64,000 bases of DNA from Hyphococcus sp. (GCA_965243785.1 CBDEVX010000016.1:106351-170350); one strand, 5' to 3'; positions 39,181 to 50,625 are shown, counted from the stretch's first letter. Made by a program: numbers and translations. Notes: a model not told the origin generated them from the letters alone.

Positions 39181-40089
39181 ATGAAAGACAACGTCATCTT
39201 TATCGCAGGCCCCACGGCAAGCGGCAAGTCGGCCGCAGCGCTTGATCTCGCTGAAATACTGGAGGGCGAGATCGTCAACGCCGACGCCATGCAGGTTTAC
39301 CGCGATTTGCGCATCGTCACGGCCCGGCCGTCCGCTGCGGATGAGGCGCGGACCCCGCATCATTTGTACGGTATGGTTGATGGCTCGGAACGCTGCTCGG
39401 CTGGGCGTTGGGCGCGCGATGCGGCGGCGATCATCGAAGAGATTTGTGCGCGTAGCGGGACGGCCATTGTCGTCGGCGGCACGGGGCTCTATTTCCGCGC
39501 GCTCGAAGAGGGGCTTTCGCCCATTCCTGAGATTTCCCCGGAAATCCGCGAACGAGCCAAAGGCCGCCGTGAAGCGCTTGGGCCGCAAAAATTCTACGAT
39601 GAAGTCGTCGCCCGCGATGAAGCCATGGCGCGACTGCCCGCGGGCGACGCCCAACGCCTCATCCGGGCCTGGGAAGTTTTTGAGGCGACCGGGCAAAAGC
39701 TCTCGACTTTTCAGGCTCTGCCGCGGGCGCCGATAGTCACTGCAGCCGCGCGGCGGGTCGTCATCGAGCCCCCGCGCGAGACGCTTTATGCGCAGTGTGA
39801 CGCCCGCGCCGAAGCAATTATGTCTGCTGGCGCGATAGAGGAGGTGGCGCATCTCGCAGCGCGCGGTCTTGATAAGGACTTGCCGGTGATGAAGGCCCTA
39901 GGCGTGCCTGAGATCTCGGCGTTCCTCGCTGAAGACACCGAACAGACCGCTTGTCTTGCTGCGCTGCAGCAGGCGACGCGCCGTTTCGCCAAACGTCAGC
40001 TTACATGGTTTCGCAATCAGGCGCGGAACTGGCCGCGCGTCGCCGATGCCGCCGAAGCAATTGCCTTCTTTTTGCGCGAGAACGATTGA
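39181..40089 (+). CDS. miaA: tRNA dimethylallyltransferase
   Basis: IAGPTASGKS, NADAMQVY, VGGTGLYF and TRRFAKRQLTWFR. Confidence 0.96.
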   Translation: MKDNVIFIAGPTASGKSAAALDLAEILEGEIVNADAMQVYRDLRIVTARPSAADEARTPHHLYGMVDGSERCSAGRWARDAAAIIEEICARSGTAIVVGGTGLYFRALEEGLSPIPEISPEIRERAKGRREALGPQKFYDEVVARDEAMARLPAGDAQRLIRAWEVFEATGQKLSTFQALPRAPIVTAAARRVVIEPPRETLYAQCDARAEAIMSAGAIEEVAHLAARGLDKDLPVMKALGVPEISAFLAEDTEQTACLAALQQATRRFAKRQLTWFRNQARNWPRVADAAEAIAFFLREND

Positions 40090-40267
40090 GACCGTTGCGC
40101 TCCGCTTTTGCGGAAGTTAAGACACCCGCGCTGTGGGGAGCAGGACCGGGCGGGGGCCCTCAGTACGGTCCAATCTGGGTGTAACAAGGCGCAACAGATC
40201 AGCGCCGCCGGCGGTAATGATGAAACGCTCATCGCCGCGGGTCAGATTGTCGGGACCGGAATAGGGT

Positions 40268-41047
40268 ATGGTCGAGTTTCTGCGGCGCCTGACAGGCTTC
40301 CTCAGTTCCATGGACGCAAAGGCGGCGACGTCGCTCGCTGTTTCTATCATCCTCCTTATTTTCGTTGTGTTCATGCTGTTCTTTGGGCAGGGCTGGATGA
40401 ACCTCGATCACGACGACGGAGGCATCCAGCAAGTCAATCGCATTGTCGCTGCGGCCGCCGAGTCGCCCTATGCGCTCGTGGGCGTCGTATCGATATTTTC
40501 GCTGCTCGCGCTGACCGGCTTTCCGCAGATTCTGTTGATCACGGCGACGGTCATTGTCTTCGGACCGGTGGTCGGCGCCCTCTACGCATGGCTTTCAACC
40601 ATGGCGAGCGCGACGCTGACCTTCGGGCTTGGCCACTTCCTTGGCGGGCGCTGGATCCGTGGAGTTGCGGGGGATCGCGTGCAGCGCACCATCAATTTTC
40701 TCCATAATCATGGGATCGTCGCCAGCGGCATGATTCGCGTCGTGCCATCGGCGCCGTTCATCGTCGTCAACGCGGCCGCCGGCACGGCGCACATTCCCCT
40801 GTGGAAATACTGGATCGGCACCGGGATCGGCATCGTTCCGAAAATTGCCCTGGTTGCGGTGCTGGCGGCTTATTTCCCGGACGCGCAGACGCTGTCGGAA
40901 GGGGTCGACGGGATCGTCGATTTCTTCATGAGCCGTGAGCCCAAAGATCTCGCCATTATCGCGGGCGTGATCGCCGCATGGCTGGGGTTCTTGCTGTTGG
41001 TTCGCGTTGTTTATCGGCGCATGCGGGCGCGGGAGGGTGTGTATTGA
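40268..41047 (+). CDS. TVP38/TMEM64 (VTT/DedA-like) membrane protein
   Basis: GFPQILL...FGPVVGALYAW, IRVVPSAPFIVVNAAAG and YWIGTGIGIVP. Confidence 0.85.
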   Translation: MVEFLRRLTGFLSSMDAKAATSLAVSIILLIFVVFMLFFGQGWMNLDHDDGGIQQVNRIVAAAAESPYALVGVVSIFSLLALTGFPQILLITATVIVFGPVVGALYAWLSTMASATLTFGLGHFLGGRWIRGVAGDRVQRTINFLHNHGIVASGMIRVVPSAPFIVVNAAAGTAHIPLWKYWIGTGIGIVPKIALVAVLAAYFPDAQTLSEGVDGIVDFFMSREPKDLAIIAGVIAAWLGFLLLVRVVYRRMRAREGVY

Positions 41048-41093
41048 TGCGTATTGCTGGGCGCAGAAATTCGTTTGCGGGGCGAGAATCCTG

Positions 41094-41109
41094 TTAACGG
41101 GTTATTAGC
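41094..41109. promoter_or_regulatory. CtrA-like box upstream of mreB
   Basis: The minus strand reads CTAA-N7-TTAAC, one mismatch to TTAA-N7-TTAAC. Confidence 0.4.
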
Positions 41110-41221
41110 CGTGATCCGTGCGAGGGCCTTCGCACGATCGCCGAAGGTTATGAGAAAGCCCGCATTTGCGCCCTGTGTTGACGATTTAGGAACGCATTAA
41201 GGATAAGCATTACGCCGATAG

Positions 41222-42292
<1,071 letters not shown>

Positions 42293-42317
42293 CGTTTCGG
42301 TGCGGTATAAGTGAGGC

Positions 42318-43232
42318 ATGGATTATTTAGGACAGGACAGAAGGGAAGGGCTGGGCCGTAAAGCGAATTCCCGCGTTATCCTTGTCATTCTGATCCTCGT
42401 CTCCGTTTTTTTGCTGCTTTCGAGCCTTTATTCCGCACAAGCCTCGGTTTTCAAAAAGGCGCGCGAGAGCGTTCTTGACGCGACGTCGCCGGTTCTTGAA
42501 ATCCTGTCGGGACCCATCGCCTATGTGAACGGCGTCATCGGTTATATCGGCGATTATTTCGCTGTCCTCGAACAAAACGATGCGTTGCGCCGCGAAAATG
42601 CAGAGCTGCGACAATGGATGAACGAAGCGCTGGAGTTGCGCTCGGTCGTTTCCGGTTTTGAACAGCTTCAATCCTACCAGGCGCCGCCGCAGGTTCGCCC
42701 CGTCGACGCCTATATTATCGGTGAGGCGAATGACGCGTTTGCACGATCGATGATCATCAACGCCGGCCGGCGCAAAAGTGTCGAACCGGGGCAGGCGGTG
42801 GTCGATCCGGAAGGCCTGTTAGGCCGCATCGTCCATATCGGCGCAAACGCATCGCGCGTCCTCTTACTGACCGACGTACAGAGCCGCGTGCCGGTCTATG
42901 TTGAAGGCGCGGACATTGAAGGCATTCTTGTCGGCCGCACGAGGGCGCGCCCGACGATATCGATCATCGAAACATCCGACGACATCGAAATTCTCCCCGG
43001 CCAGCGCGTCTTGACCTCTGGCGCCGAAGGCGTGCTGCCGCGCGGCCTGCCGGTGGGCGTTGTCGAAGGCGGCGCCAATGAGCTAGAAGTTGATCTTTAT
43101 GCGAATTATACCCGAGCGCGCATGGTGCGGGTGATCAATTTCGAATTTCCCGCCGTCACAGAGCCTGCCGAGGGCGCCGCCGGCGACGAAGCGGCAAGCG
43201 CGTCCGACGAGCAAACCCAGGCTGAGGGGTAG
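42318..43232 (+). CDS. mreC: Rod shape-determining protein MreC
   Basis: N-terminal TM helix, coiled coil LRRENAEL, GLLGRIV...SRVLLLTD.QSRVP and VLTSG.EGVLPRGLPVG. Confidence 0.93.
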   Translation: MDYLGQDRREGLGRKANSRVILVILILVSVFLLLSSLYSAQASVFKKARESVLDATSPVLEILSGPIAYVNGVIGYIGDYFAVLEQNDALRRENAELRQWMNEALELRSVVSGFEQLQSYQAPPQVRPVDAYIIGEANDAFARSMIINAGRRKSVEPGQAVVDPEGLLGRIVHIGANASRVLLLTDVQSRVPVYVEGADIEGILVGRTRARPTISIIETSDDIEILPGQRVLTSGAEGVLPRGLPVGVVEGGANELEVDLYANYTRARMVRVINFEFPAVTEPAEGAAGDEAASASDEQTQAEG

Positions 43233-43237
43233 GCCTG

Positions 43238-43750
43238 ATGGGGTATCGCGCAGAACAGTTACTCGCCATTTTAAGATCGCTCACGCCGACGCTGCTCGGA
43301 TTTCTTGGCGTTCTTATTCTGGCGCTGCCGTTCCGTTTCTTTGAGGGGGCGTTGCCGACCCCGATTATTCCGTTGGTGGTTGTCTTTTTCTGGTCCATCT
43401 ATTCGCCGGACTTTTTGCCGAGCCCCAGCGTTTTTGCGATCGGCCTTTTACAGGATCTGTTAATGGGCGGCCCGCTGGGTCTTTGGGCGTCTGTTTACCT
43501 TGTTACGCAATTCGCCGTCAGTTCGCAGCGCGCCTATTTTCTCGGCCGCGAACAAAAGGTCGTGTGGATGGGATTTGCGTTGGCGGCGAGCGTCGCAAGC
43601 CTTATGTTATGGCTCGTGATGAGTTTGATGTCCGGCGCCCTGTTGCCCGTTGGCGCACTCGCTGCACAAGTTGCGGCGACGATCCTGATCTATCCTCTGT
43701 TCGGAGCGGCCTTCCGCGAGTTGCATAGCCGCGTCCTGGTGGAGGCGTAA
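43238..43750 (+). CDS. mreD: Rod shape-determining protein MreD
   Basis: Hydrophobic 170-aa protein between mreC and mrdA, with VFAIGLLQDLLMGGPLG. Confidence 0.9.
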   Translation: MGYRAEQLLAILRSLTPTLLGFLGVLILALPFRFFEGALPTPIIPLVVVFFWSIYSPDFLPSPSVFAIGLLQDLLMGGPLGLWASVYLVTQFAVSSQRAYFLGREQKVVWMGFALAASVASLMLWLVMSLMSGALLPVGALAAQVAATILIYPLFGAAFRELHSRVLVEA

Positions 43751-43754
43751 TCGT

Positions 43755-45695
43755 ATGATGAACGCCCACGATCCGGAACGCCAGGAGATCGTCTCCCGGC
43801 GCACTTTTTTGTTTGGCGGCGGCGTTTCTCTGGGCGTCGTTGCGATCGCCGGTCGGCTCTACCAGCTACAGATCGCCGATCACGATAAGTATTTGAACCT
43901 TGCGCAGGAAAACCAATTTAATCGGCGCGTGCTGACGCCGTTGCGCGGAGACATCGTTGATCGCTTCGGCAACGTGCTGGCGTCGAACCGCAAGAACTTC
44001 CGAATTCTCCTTTTGCCGGAACAGTCGCAGAATGTGAACGACACGCTCGACCATGTGTCCGCGATCGTTCCAGTGCCGACGGAACGGCGCAATCGCATCT
44101 TCCGGGAAATCCGCCGCCGCGGCGCCTTCACGCCGATTGAGATTGAAAACAATCTCGACTGGGAGGCGTTTTCGCGCATCAACTACGAGCTGCCCTATCT
44201 CGCCGGCGTTCTTCCGGATGTCGGGGATACGCGAGATTATCCGCTCGGGCCGGCGACCTCGTTCGTCATTGGCTATGTGGGCGCGGTGACGGACGCCGAT
44301 CTCGCTGCGCAGGAGAGCGATGAGGACCGGAACCTCCTGCGGCAGCCCGGTTTCAAAGTCGGCCGGGACGGTCTTGAGCGCACCTATGAAACGGAACTGC
44401 GCGGCAAAGCCGGCAAAATGAACGTCGTCATCAACGCCCATGGCCGCGTCATCGAGGAAGTCAAAGAGGGCGCCGTTTCGTCGATTCAGGGAAAACCGCT
44501 GACGTTAACAATCGATGCGGAATTGCAGACCCACGCGATGGAAGTGCTGGCGACGCCGGCAGAGCGACAACCGGACGAGCCGCAAAGCGCGGCCGCCGTC
44601 GTAATGGACGTGGTGACCGGCGACATTCTCGTCTTGGCGTCGACGCCGGCGTTCAATCCAAACGACTTTAATGTCGGGATCGATCCTGACCTTTGGCGCG
44701 AACTCAACGAAAGTCCGTATAAACCGCTTTTGAACAAAGCCCTGACCGGCGCTTATCCCCCAGGATCGACGCTGAAGATGTTAAGCGCCATCGCTGCCCA
44801 GGAAACCGGCGTGCGGCCGTCTCAGACCGCTTACTGCCCCGGTCGCGTTTGGTACGGCAATCGGTATTTCCACTGCTGGAAACGCGGCGGGCACGGTACG
44901 GTCGATATGAAAGGGTCGCTTAAGCACTCTTGCGACACCTACTATTACGAGATTGCAAAAGACTTGGATATCGACGCCCTTGCCGATGTCGCCAAACGTT
45001 TCGGATTGGGCCAGACTTATGAGCTCGGCGTCACGGGCCAGAAACCTGGCGTCGTTCCATCGCGCGAGTGGAAGCGAACTTATTACGCTGGCGATCCCGG
45101 CAACCAAACTTGGTTTCAGGGCGAAACGCTCTCAGCGATTATCGGGCAGGGGGCGGCGACAGCGACGCCGTTACAGCTTTGCGTCATGGCAGCGCGTATC
45201 GCGAGCGGACGCGCCGTGCGCCCGCGGCTTGTTCGCGCTGTCGGTGATCTCATCCTGCCGGCGCCGGACGCGCCGGCCATTAATGTCAACGCGAAACACC
45301 TCGAAGTCGTCCGTGCAGGGATGAACGCCGTCACCAATGAGGGCGGCACGGCCGCGCGCTCGCGGCTCGAAGACCCTGAATGGCAGATGGCGGGTAAAAC
45401 CGGCACTAGTCAGGTTTACGCCATCACCGCCGAAGACCGGGCGCGCGGCCTCACCAAGCCAGAAGAGCTACCCTGGGCGCGCCGCGACCATGCCTTGTTT
45501 GTCAGTTTCATGCCGTTTGCAAATCCGCGTTACGCCTGTTCGGTGCTGGTCGAGCATGGCATTGGCGGGTCGCGGGCGGCGGGCCCCAAAGCGCGCGACA
45601 TTATGCGCAAGGTTGCTGAACGCGATCCGGCCTCGCGTCAGGCCGTCGATCCGCGTGAGCTCGTGCGCGCGACCGCTGCGAGCCGAGAGGCGTAG
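43755..45695 (+). CDS. mrdA: Penicillin-binding protein 2
   Basis: YPPGSTLK (SxxK), SCD, AGKTGTSQV and the dimerisation-domain motif RGDIVDRFG. Confidence 0.96.
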   Translation: MMNAHDPERQEIVSRRTFLFGGGVSLGVVAIAGRLYQLQIADHDKYLNLAQENQFNRRVLTPLRGDIVDRFGNVLASNRKNFRILLLPEQSQNVNDTLDHVSAIVPVPTERRNRIFREIRRRGAFTPIEIENNLDWEAFSRINYELPYLAGVLPDVGDTRDYPLGPATSFVIGYVGAVTDADLAAQESDEDRNLLRQPGFKVGRDGLERTYETELRGKAGKMNVVINAHGRVIEEVKEGAVSSIQGKPLTLTIDAELQTHAMEVLATPAERQPDEPQSAAAVVMDVVTGDILVLASTPAFNPNDFNVGIDPDLWRELNESPYKPLLNKALTGAYPPGSTLKMLSAIAAQETGVRPSQTAYCPGRVWYGNRYFHCWKRGGHGTVDMKGSLKHSCDTYYYEIAKDLDIDALADVAKRFGLGQTYELGVTGQKPGVVPSREWKRTYYAGDPGNQTWFQGETLSAIIGQGAATATPLQLCVMAARIASGRAVRPRLVRAVGDLILPAPDAPAINVNAKHLEVVRAGMNAVTNEGGTAARSRLEDPEWQMAGKTGTSQVYAITAEDRARGLTKPEELPWARRDHALFVSFMPFANPRYACSVLVEHGIGGSRAAGPKARDIMRKVAERDPASRQAVDPRELVRATAASREA

Positions 45696-45698
45696 CCG

Positions 45699-46847
45699 AT
45701 GGCGTCGCTGATCCTGCCCGGGCCGCATCGCGGTCTCCGTGCGCGCCTTGCAAAGACGCATTGGCCGCTCCTGATCCTTCTGACGCTGATCGCGCTTGCG
45801 GGCGTGATCACCCTTTATTCCGTCGCTGAGGGGCAATGGCGTCCCTGGGCCCTGAAACACGCAATTCGTTACGGCGTCGCCGCTTGCCTATTGCTGGGTA
45901 TGGGGCTGGTCGCGATCCGCTACTGGATGGCGCTCGCCTATCCGGTGTATTTTGCTGCGCTCGCCGCGCTTGTTGCGGTGCCGTTCATCGGCGAGGTCAA
46001 TATGGGCGCGCGGCGCTGGATCGAACTCGCCGGCGTCCAGTTTCAGCCATCGGAAGCCATGAAGATCGGTCTGGTGATGGGGCTCGCTCGTTATTACCAC
46101 GGGCTCCGTGCAGAACAGGTCTCCCACCTGCTTTATCTCGTTCCGCCGGCGCTGATGATCGGAGCGCCCGTCGGTCTGGTTTTTATCCAGCCTGACCTCG
46201 GCACGGCGCTGCTTCTTGCTGCCACCGGCGTCATCATTGTTTTCGTTGCAGGGCTGAGCTGGCGGATCGGCCTCCTCGGCGTTTTCGGCGCGATCGCCGC
46301 CGCTTACGCGGCCTATCGCTTTGACATTCTCAAGGAATACCAGATCCGCCGCATCACCACGTTTTTGAATCCTGATCTCGATCCGTCGGGTCAGGGCTAT
46401 CATCTCTTACAGTCAAAGATTGCGCTTGGATCAGGCGGGCTCGACGGCAAAGGGTTTATGCAAGGCACGCAAAGCCAGCTGCAGTTTCTGCCCGAAATGC
46501 ACACGGACTTCATTTTCACGATTTTTGGCGAGGAGTTCGGGTTTGTCGGTTCGGTGGGTCTGTTAACGCTTTATCTCGCCGTCATTTTGACCGGGCTGTC
46601 GATTGGCGCCCGCGCGAAATCACATTTCGCTCGCCTCACGGTCATCGGCGTCGTTGCGACCTTCGCGCTCTACGTCCTGATCAATACCGGCATGGTGATG
46701 GGGCTCGCGCCCGTTGTCGGCGTGCCGCTGCCGCTTGTTTCCTATGGCGGCACCGTCATGATGACCATCATGGCCGGATTTGGCCTCGTGATGAGCGCCT
46801 ATGTTTACAGGGATCAGGATGTCCTGAAACGCGGCGACTTCCTATAG
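45699..46847 (+). CDS. rodA: Peptidoglycan glycosyltransferase RodA
   Basis: GARRWI...FQPSEAMK, QPDLGT, LPEMHTDFIF and GVPLPLVSYGG. Confidence 0.96.
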   Translation: MASLILPGPHRGLRARLAKTHWPLLILLTLIALAGVITLYSVAEGQWRPWALKHAIRYGVAACLLLGMGLVAIRYWMALAYPVYFAALAALVAVPFIGEVNMGARRWIELAGVQFQPSEAMKIGLVMGLARYYHGLRAEQVSHLLYLVPPALMIGAPVGLVFIQPDLGTALLLAATGVIIVFVAGLSWRIGLLGVFGAIAAAYAAYRFDILKEYQIRRITTFLNPDLDPSGQGYHLLQSKIALGSGGLDGKGFMQGTQSQLQFLPEMHTDFIFTIFGEEFGFVGSVGLLTLYLAVILTGLSIGARAKSHFARLTVIGVVATFALYVLINTGMVMGLAPVVGVPLPLVSYGGTVMMTIMAGFGLVMSAYVYRDQDVLKRGDFL

Positions 46848-46860
46848 AGCGTTGCGGGTA

Positions 46861-47232
46861 TCAGGAGGCCTGTTGCAAATGTTCAAGCAGCCGCCCGCGG
46901 GCGGCTTCGAAATCGGCGTGAGCGTCGCGTACGAGCCCTGGCGCCGCGTCGGCGTTTTCGTCTTTGCAGGCGATTTCGAGATCGGAAGCCGTCGACGATA
47001 GGCACGCGGCGCCGACATTGGCCGCCATGCCCTTGATCGCATGAGCGGTATTGGCGGCAAGCTCTAGGTCCCCGTTATTCATCTGCGCTGACAAAAGGGC
47101 GAGCAATTCTTCCGTTGATCGTGAAAATGCATCGAGGATCTCCCGTGCGCCATTGACGCCGGCCGCTGCAACTAGTGCGTCGAGCTGATCGATCTCAATA
47201 TGACCGCCGTGGCCATCCACAGGCTTGTCCAC
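46861..47232 (-). CDS. Stand-alone Hpt (histidine phosphotransfer) protein
   Basis: AHAIKGMAANVGAACLS...LE. GTG 47232 chosen because of an upstream AAGGGGAG. Confidence 0.85.
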   Translation of the reverse strand: MDKPVDGHGGHIEIDQLDALVAAAGVNGAREILDAFSRSTEELLALLSAQMNNGDLELAANTAHAIKGMAANVGAACLSSTASDLEIACKDENADAAPGLVRDAHADFEAARGRLLEHLQQAS

Positions 47233-47402
47233 GTCCTCGCTCCCCTTACGCAATCGACCCGCGCCGGCGAAATCCGGCATGCGGGCGGCTTTGATCACGC
47301 ATCTGTTGAACAATATTTGCTAATAATCGTAAAAATTTGTCTAAAATGGCCGGGCGTGCCACAACCGGCGGAATTTTTGCGTCGATAACAAGGGGATAGC
47401 AA

Positions 47403-48947
47403 ATGCAGGGTACAGCGGGCGAGGGAGTCACATGGTCGTCAAAGGCGGCCTTCATCTTGGCGGCGATCGGTTCCGCGGTCGGTCTCGGCAACCTTTGGCG
47501 GTTTCCATATGTGGCCGGCGAAAGCGGCGGTGGCGCCTTCGTCGTGTTCTACGTCGTCTGCGTGATCTTGATCGGCCTGCCCGTTCTGGTTGCTGAATTG
47601 TTCATCGGCCGGCGCGGCGGTCTGTCCGCCGTCGGCAGCGTGGTGAAGATCGCCAAGGCCGAGGGGCGCTCCCCCTTCTGGGCGATTCAGTCCTGGCTCG
47701 GCATGATCGGCGCCTTCATCATCCTCACGTTTTATTCCGTCATCGCCGGGTGGGTGCTCGCCTATGTCGTGATGATCGGCGGCGATCTCATCGCCGCGAT
47801 CGCCAGCGACGGGCTCGGCGGCCTGACGGCGGGCGCCTTCGCCGGACAGACCGACGAGCAGGTCAGGGCGAAACTCGTTGAGCTCCTCAACAACCCCACG
47901 CGGATGATCATTTATCACGCCCTGTTTATGGTGCTCACCGTGGCCATTGTCGCCCGCGGCATTCAGGGAGGGATCGAGACGGCGGTGACGATCCTGATGC
48001 CGACCTTCTTCGTCCTTTTAATCGTGCTGTTCGGCTACGCTGTCGTTACCGGCGATCGTGCGCAGGGGTTCGATTTCCTGCTTGGCGTCCGGTTGGGTGA
48101 TACCGAGCTTGCCGATGGCACGGTTCGCAGCGGGCTCTTGAGCGGCATTCAGGACGGCTCGGTGATTTCCGCCGCGCTCGGCCAGGCATTCTTCTCTATC
48201 GGCCTCGGTTCCGCGCTGATGGCGACTTACGGCGCCTATATGCAGTCCGACCAGAATCTGCCGCGTTCCGCGCGCCTTATCGCCATCGCTGATACGGGCG
48301 TCGGCATTATTGCCGGTCTCGCTATCTTCCCAATTGTTTTCGCCATGGGGCTCGCCGCAGGCGCTGGCCCGACCCTGATGTTCCAGACGCTGCCGCTCGC
48401 CTTTCACGGCATGCCAGGCGGCGGCGTCTTCGGCGTCCTCTTCTTCCTGCTTGCGTTTTTCGCCGCCATCACATCGTCGATCGCTCTCCTCGAAACATCG
48501 ACAAAATGGGTGGACGAGCAGTCAAAGAGCGACAATCGCTGGAAGTCGGCGGGTGTCATCGGCGTCGTTATTTTTATCATCGGCGTGTTAAATGCGCTCA
48601 GCCAGGTGCCGACAACCGGGATCGACGGCGCCGACCAGTCGACATTCTGGAATACCTGGCAACCGGGCGGCGGTATTCCGATCTTCGAGGGGATGGTGCT
48701 GTTGGACTTCCTGTCCGCGACGACGGATATCATTCTGCCGCTGTCGGGGCTCGTGGCGTCGATTTTCGCCGGCTGGATCGTTTCGACGTCGACGGCGCGC
48801 GAAGCCATTGGTTTCAAGTCTGAGGCGTGGTTTGCACGCTGGCGTTTTCTGGTCCGGTGGGTCTGCCCGGCCGGTATTTTCCTCGTCGTTTTCTACGCGA
48901 CGATCTGGGTGCCGTATATTCTGCCGGCGCTGAACGGAAACGGTTAA
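47403..48947 (+). CDS. Sodium-dependent transporter, NSS/SNF family
   Basis: GSAVGLGNLWRFPY, GGGAF and ALGQAFFSIGLG. Confidence 0.95.
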   Translation: MQGTAGEGVTWSSKAAFILAAIGSAVGLGNLWRFPYVAGESGGGAFVVFYVVCVILIGLPVLVAELFIGRRGGLSAVGSVVKIAKAEGRSPFWAIQSWLGMIGAFIILTFYSVIAGWVLAYVVMIGGDLIAAIASDGLGGLTAGAFAGQTDEQVRAKLVELLNNPTRMIIYHALFMVLTVAIVARGIQGGIETAVTILMPTFFVLLIVLFGYAVVTGDRAQGFDFLLGVRLGDTELADGTVRSGLLSGIQDGSVISAALGQAFFSIGLGSALMATYGAYMQSDQNLPRSARLIAIADTGVGIIAGLAIFPIVFAMGLAAGAGPTLMFQTLPLAFHGMPGGGVFGVLFFLLAFFAAITSSIALLETSTKWVDEQSKSDNRWKSAGVIGVVIFIIGVLNALSQVPTTGIDGADQSTFWNTWQPGGGIPIFEGMVLLDFLSATTDIILPLSGLVASIFAGWIVSTSTAREAIGFKSEAWFARWRFLVRWVCPAGIFLVVFYATIWVPYILPALNGNG

Positions 48948-49900
48948 AGCGCCGCGTATTTATTTGTCGCGCGCACCAACGCATCAATGATGCCGGGCTC
49001 GCTTGCAGCGTGTCCGGCGTCAAGCACGAGATCAAAGTCGGCTTCGGGCCACGCCTTGTGCAATTCCCAGGCGGTGACCATCGGCGTTACGACGTCATAA
49101 CGGCCCTGCACGATCGTCGCCGGGATATGCCGTATACGGTCGATATTGGCGAGAATCTGATCGTCGCGTTCAAAAAACCCGCCATTGACGAAATAATGAC
49201 ACTCAATGCGGGCGAAGGCGGTCGCGAAAACGTCGGATGAAAAATTATGCATGCGCTCTTCGGAGGGCAGGAGGCTGACCGTGCCGCCCTCCCAAAGGCT
49301 CCACGCTTTCGCCGCTTCGATCTGCGCCTTCTCATCCTCGCCGGTCAGGCGCTTGTAATACGCCGCCATCAGATCGCCGCGCTCGTCTTCGGGGATAGGC
49401 TTCACGAACCCTTCCCAGGCGTCGGGATAAATGGCGCTGGCGCCGTCCTGATAGAACCATAAGAGTTCGGAGCGACGTAGCGTGAAGATGCCCCGCAAAA
49501 CGAGCTCGCTGACGTGCTCCGGGTGCGTCTGCGCATAGGCGAGCGCCAGCGTCGATCCCCATGAGCCGCCAAAAACCTGCCAGCGCTCGAAGCCGAGGCG
49601 TTCGCGCAGCATTTCCATGTCTGAAATCAACGCCCAGGTCGTGTTGTCTTCAAGGCATGCATGCGGTGTTGACCGCCCGCAGCCGCGCTGGTCGAAAACG
49701 ACAATCTTGTAGCGCTCGGGGTCGAAATATCGCCGCATGGACGGCGTCGATCCGCCGCCCGGGCCGCCGTGGCATACAATCACGGGTTTGCCGTTAATTG
49801 CGCCGGAAACCTCATAATAAATTTCATGAATGTCGGATACGCGGAGCATGCCGGTCTCGAACGGCTCCACGGGCGGAAATAATTTGAGGCGATCCGTCAT
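48944..49900 (-). CDS. pip: Proline iminopeptidase
   Basis: HGGPGGG, DQRGCGRS, FGGSWGSTL and IVQGRYD. Start is ATG 49900. Confidence 0.95.
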   Translation of the reverse strand: MTDRLKLFPPVEPFETGMLRVSDIHEIYYEVSGAINGKPVIVCHGGPGGGSTPSMRRYFDPERYKIVVFDQRGCGRSTPHACLEDNTTWALISDMEMLRERLGFERWQVFGGSWGSTLALAYAQTHPEHVSELVLRGIFTLRRSELLWFYQDGASAIYPDAWEGFVKPIPEDERGDLMAAYYKRLTGEDEKAQIEAAKAWSLWEGGTVSLLPSEERMHNFSSDVFATAFARIECHYFVNGGFFERDDQILANIDRIRHIPATIVQGRYDVVTPMVTAWELHKAWPEADFDLVLDAGHAASEPGIIDALVRATNKYAAL

Positions 49901-49986
49901 TTCGCGGCTGACTTTTCCGAGCGTGTTTGTTAATAAACAGAAAGGGTGTTCGTGGGCGTTCCAAGTGTTGTGGGAGTAGGGGTCTG

Positions 49987-50625
49987 TTGAAGGGCGGTCA
50001 ACCAGCAACGTGCGCGTTGTGCGCTGCGGTATTTTTCATGATTGGCGGCTGCGCGGTCGGCGGCGGCGACAGGGCGCAGACCATGAATGCGCCGGTGGCG
50101 GAACGCGACCTCCTCGCGGAAGCGGCCCGTGATGTGGAGAGAGCGAAATGGCCTGCGCCGGAACCGGCGCCGATACTGGCCTGGATCACCGGCGACGATA
50201 AAGACCGCTTCACCAAGTCAGACGCCGTTGCTTCCTACGTAGCCTTGCTGCCAGTCGCCGGCCGGTTCCCGGCGCTGCTCGCTGATGCCGACCGGAAGCT
50301 GGCCGACGCTGAGCAATTTCACGCAATCGCCGTTACAGCTGCCGCCGCGCCCCGGGTTTCGACCCGGGATATTGCGCTCGTCGAGGAATGCATCCGGACG
50401 CTGCGGGAACATCGCGATATCTATGCCGCCGCCGCCCGCGAATTGGATGACGCGGGCGAGCCGGTCGATGACGAACAGGTCGACATAATGCGCAACCGTT
50501 TCAGCGATATTGTGCGCGCGCTCAGCGCTGCCGCTGATGAACTGGCGGACCGCCATGCGAAAGACCGTTCCGAGACATTTGCAGCACCCGGGCGCGTGAT
50601 CGCCGGCGCTGCGTCGGAACTGTAA
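49987..50625 (+). CDS. Hypothetical lipoprotein
   Basis: Probable TTG start after GGAG; hydrophobic stretch ending in a lipobox-like IGGC; helical body. Start is uncertain. Confidence 0.6.
   Translation: MKGGQPATCALCAAVFFMIGGCAVGGGDRAQTMNAPVAERDLLAEAARDVERAKWPAPEPAPILAWITGDDKDRFTKSDAVASYVALLPVAGRFPALLADADRKLADAEQFHAIAVTAAAAPRVSTRDIALVEECIRTLREHRDIYAAAARELDDAGEPVDDEQVDIMRNRFSDIVRALSAAADELADRHAKDRSETFAAPGRVIAGAASEL

Noticed and set aside
39163-39852. N-terminal extension of serB in the ORF track
   Set aside because: It overlaps miaA on the opposite strand; SerB homology starts at ATG 39162.
40130-40260. Hairpins upstream of the TVP38/DedA-like gene as a riboswitch
   Set aside because: Only generic GC pairing; no conserved aptamer motif that I can recognise.
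44920-44940. SCD instead of SxN in PBP2 as a degenerate active site
   Set aside because: SxD is usual in proteobacterial PBP2 (MrdA); the SxxK and KTG motifs are intact.
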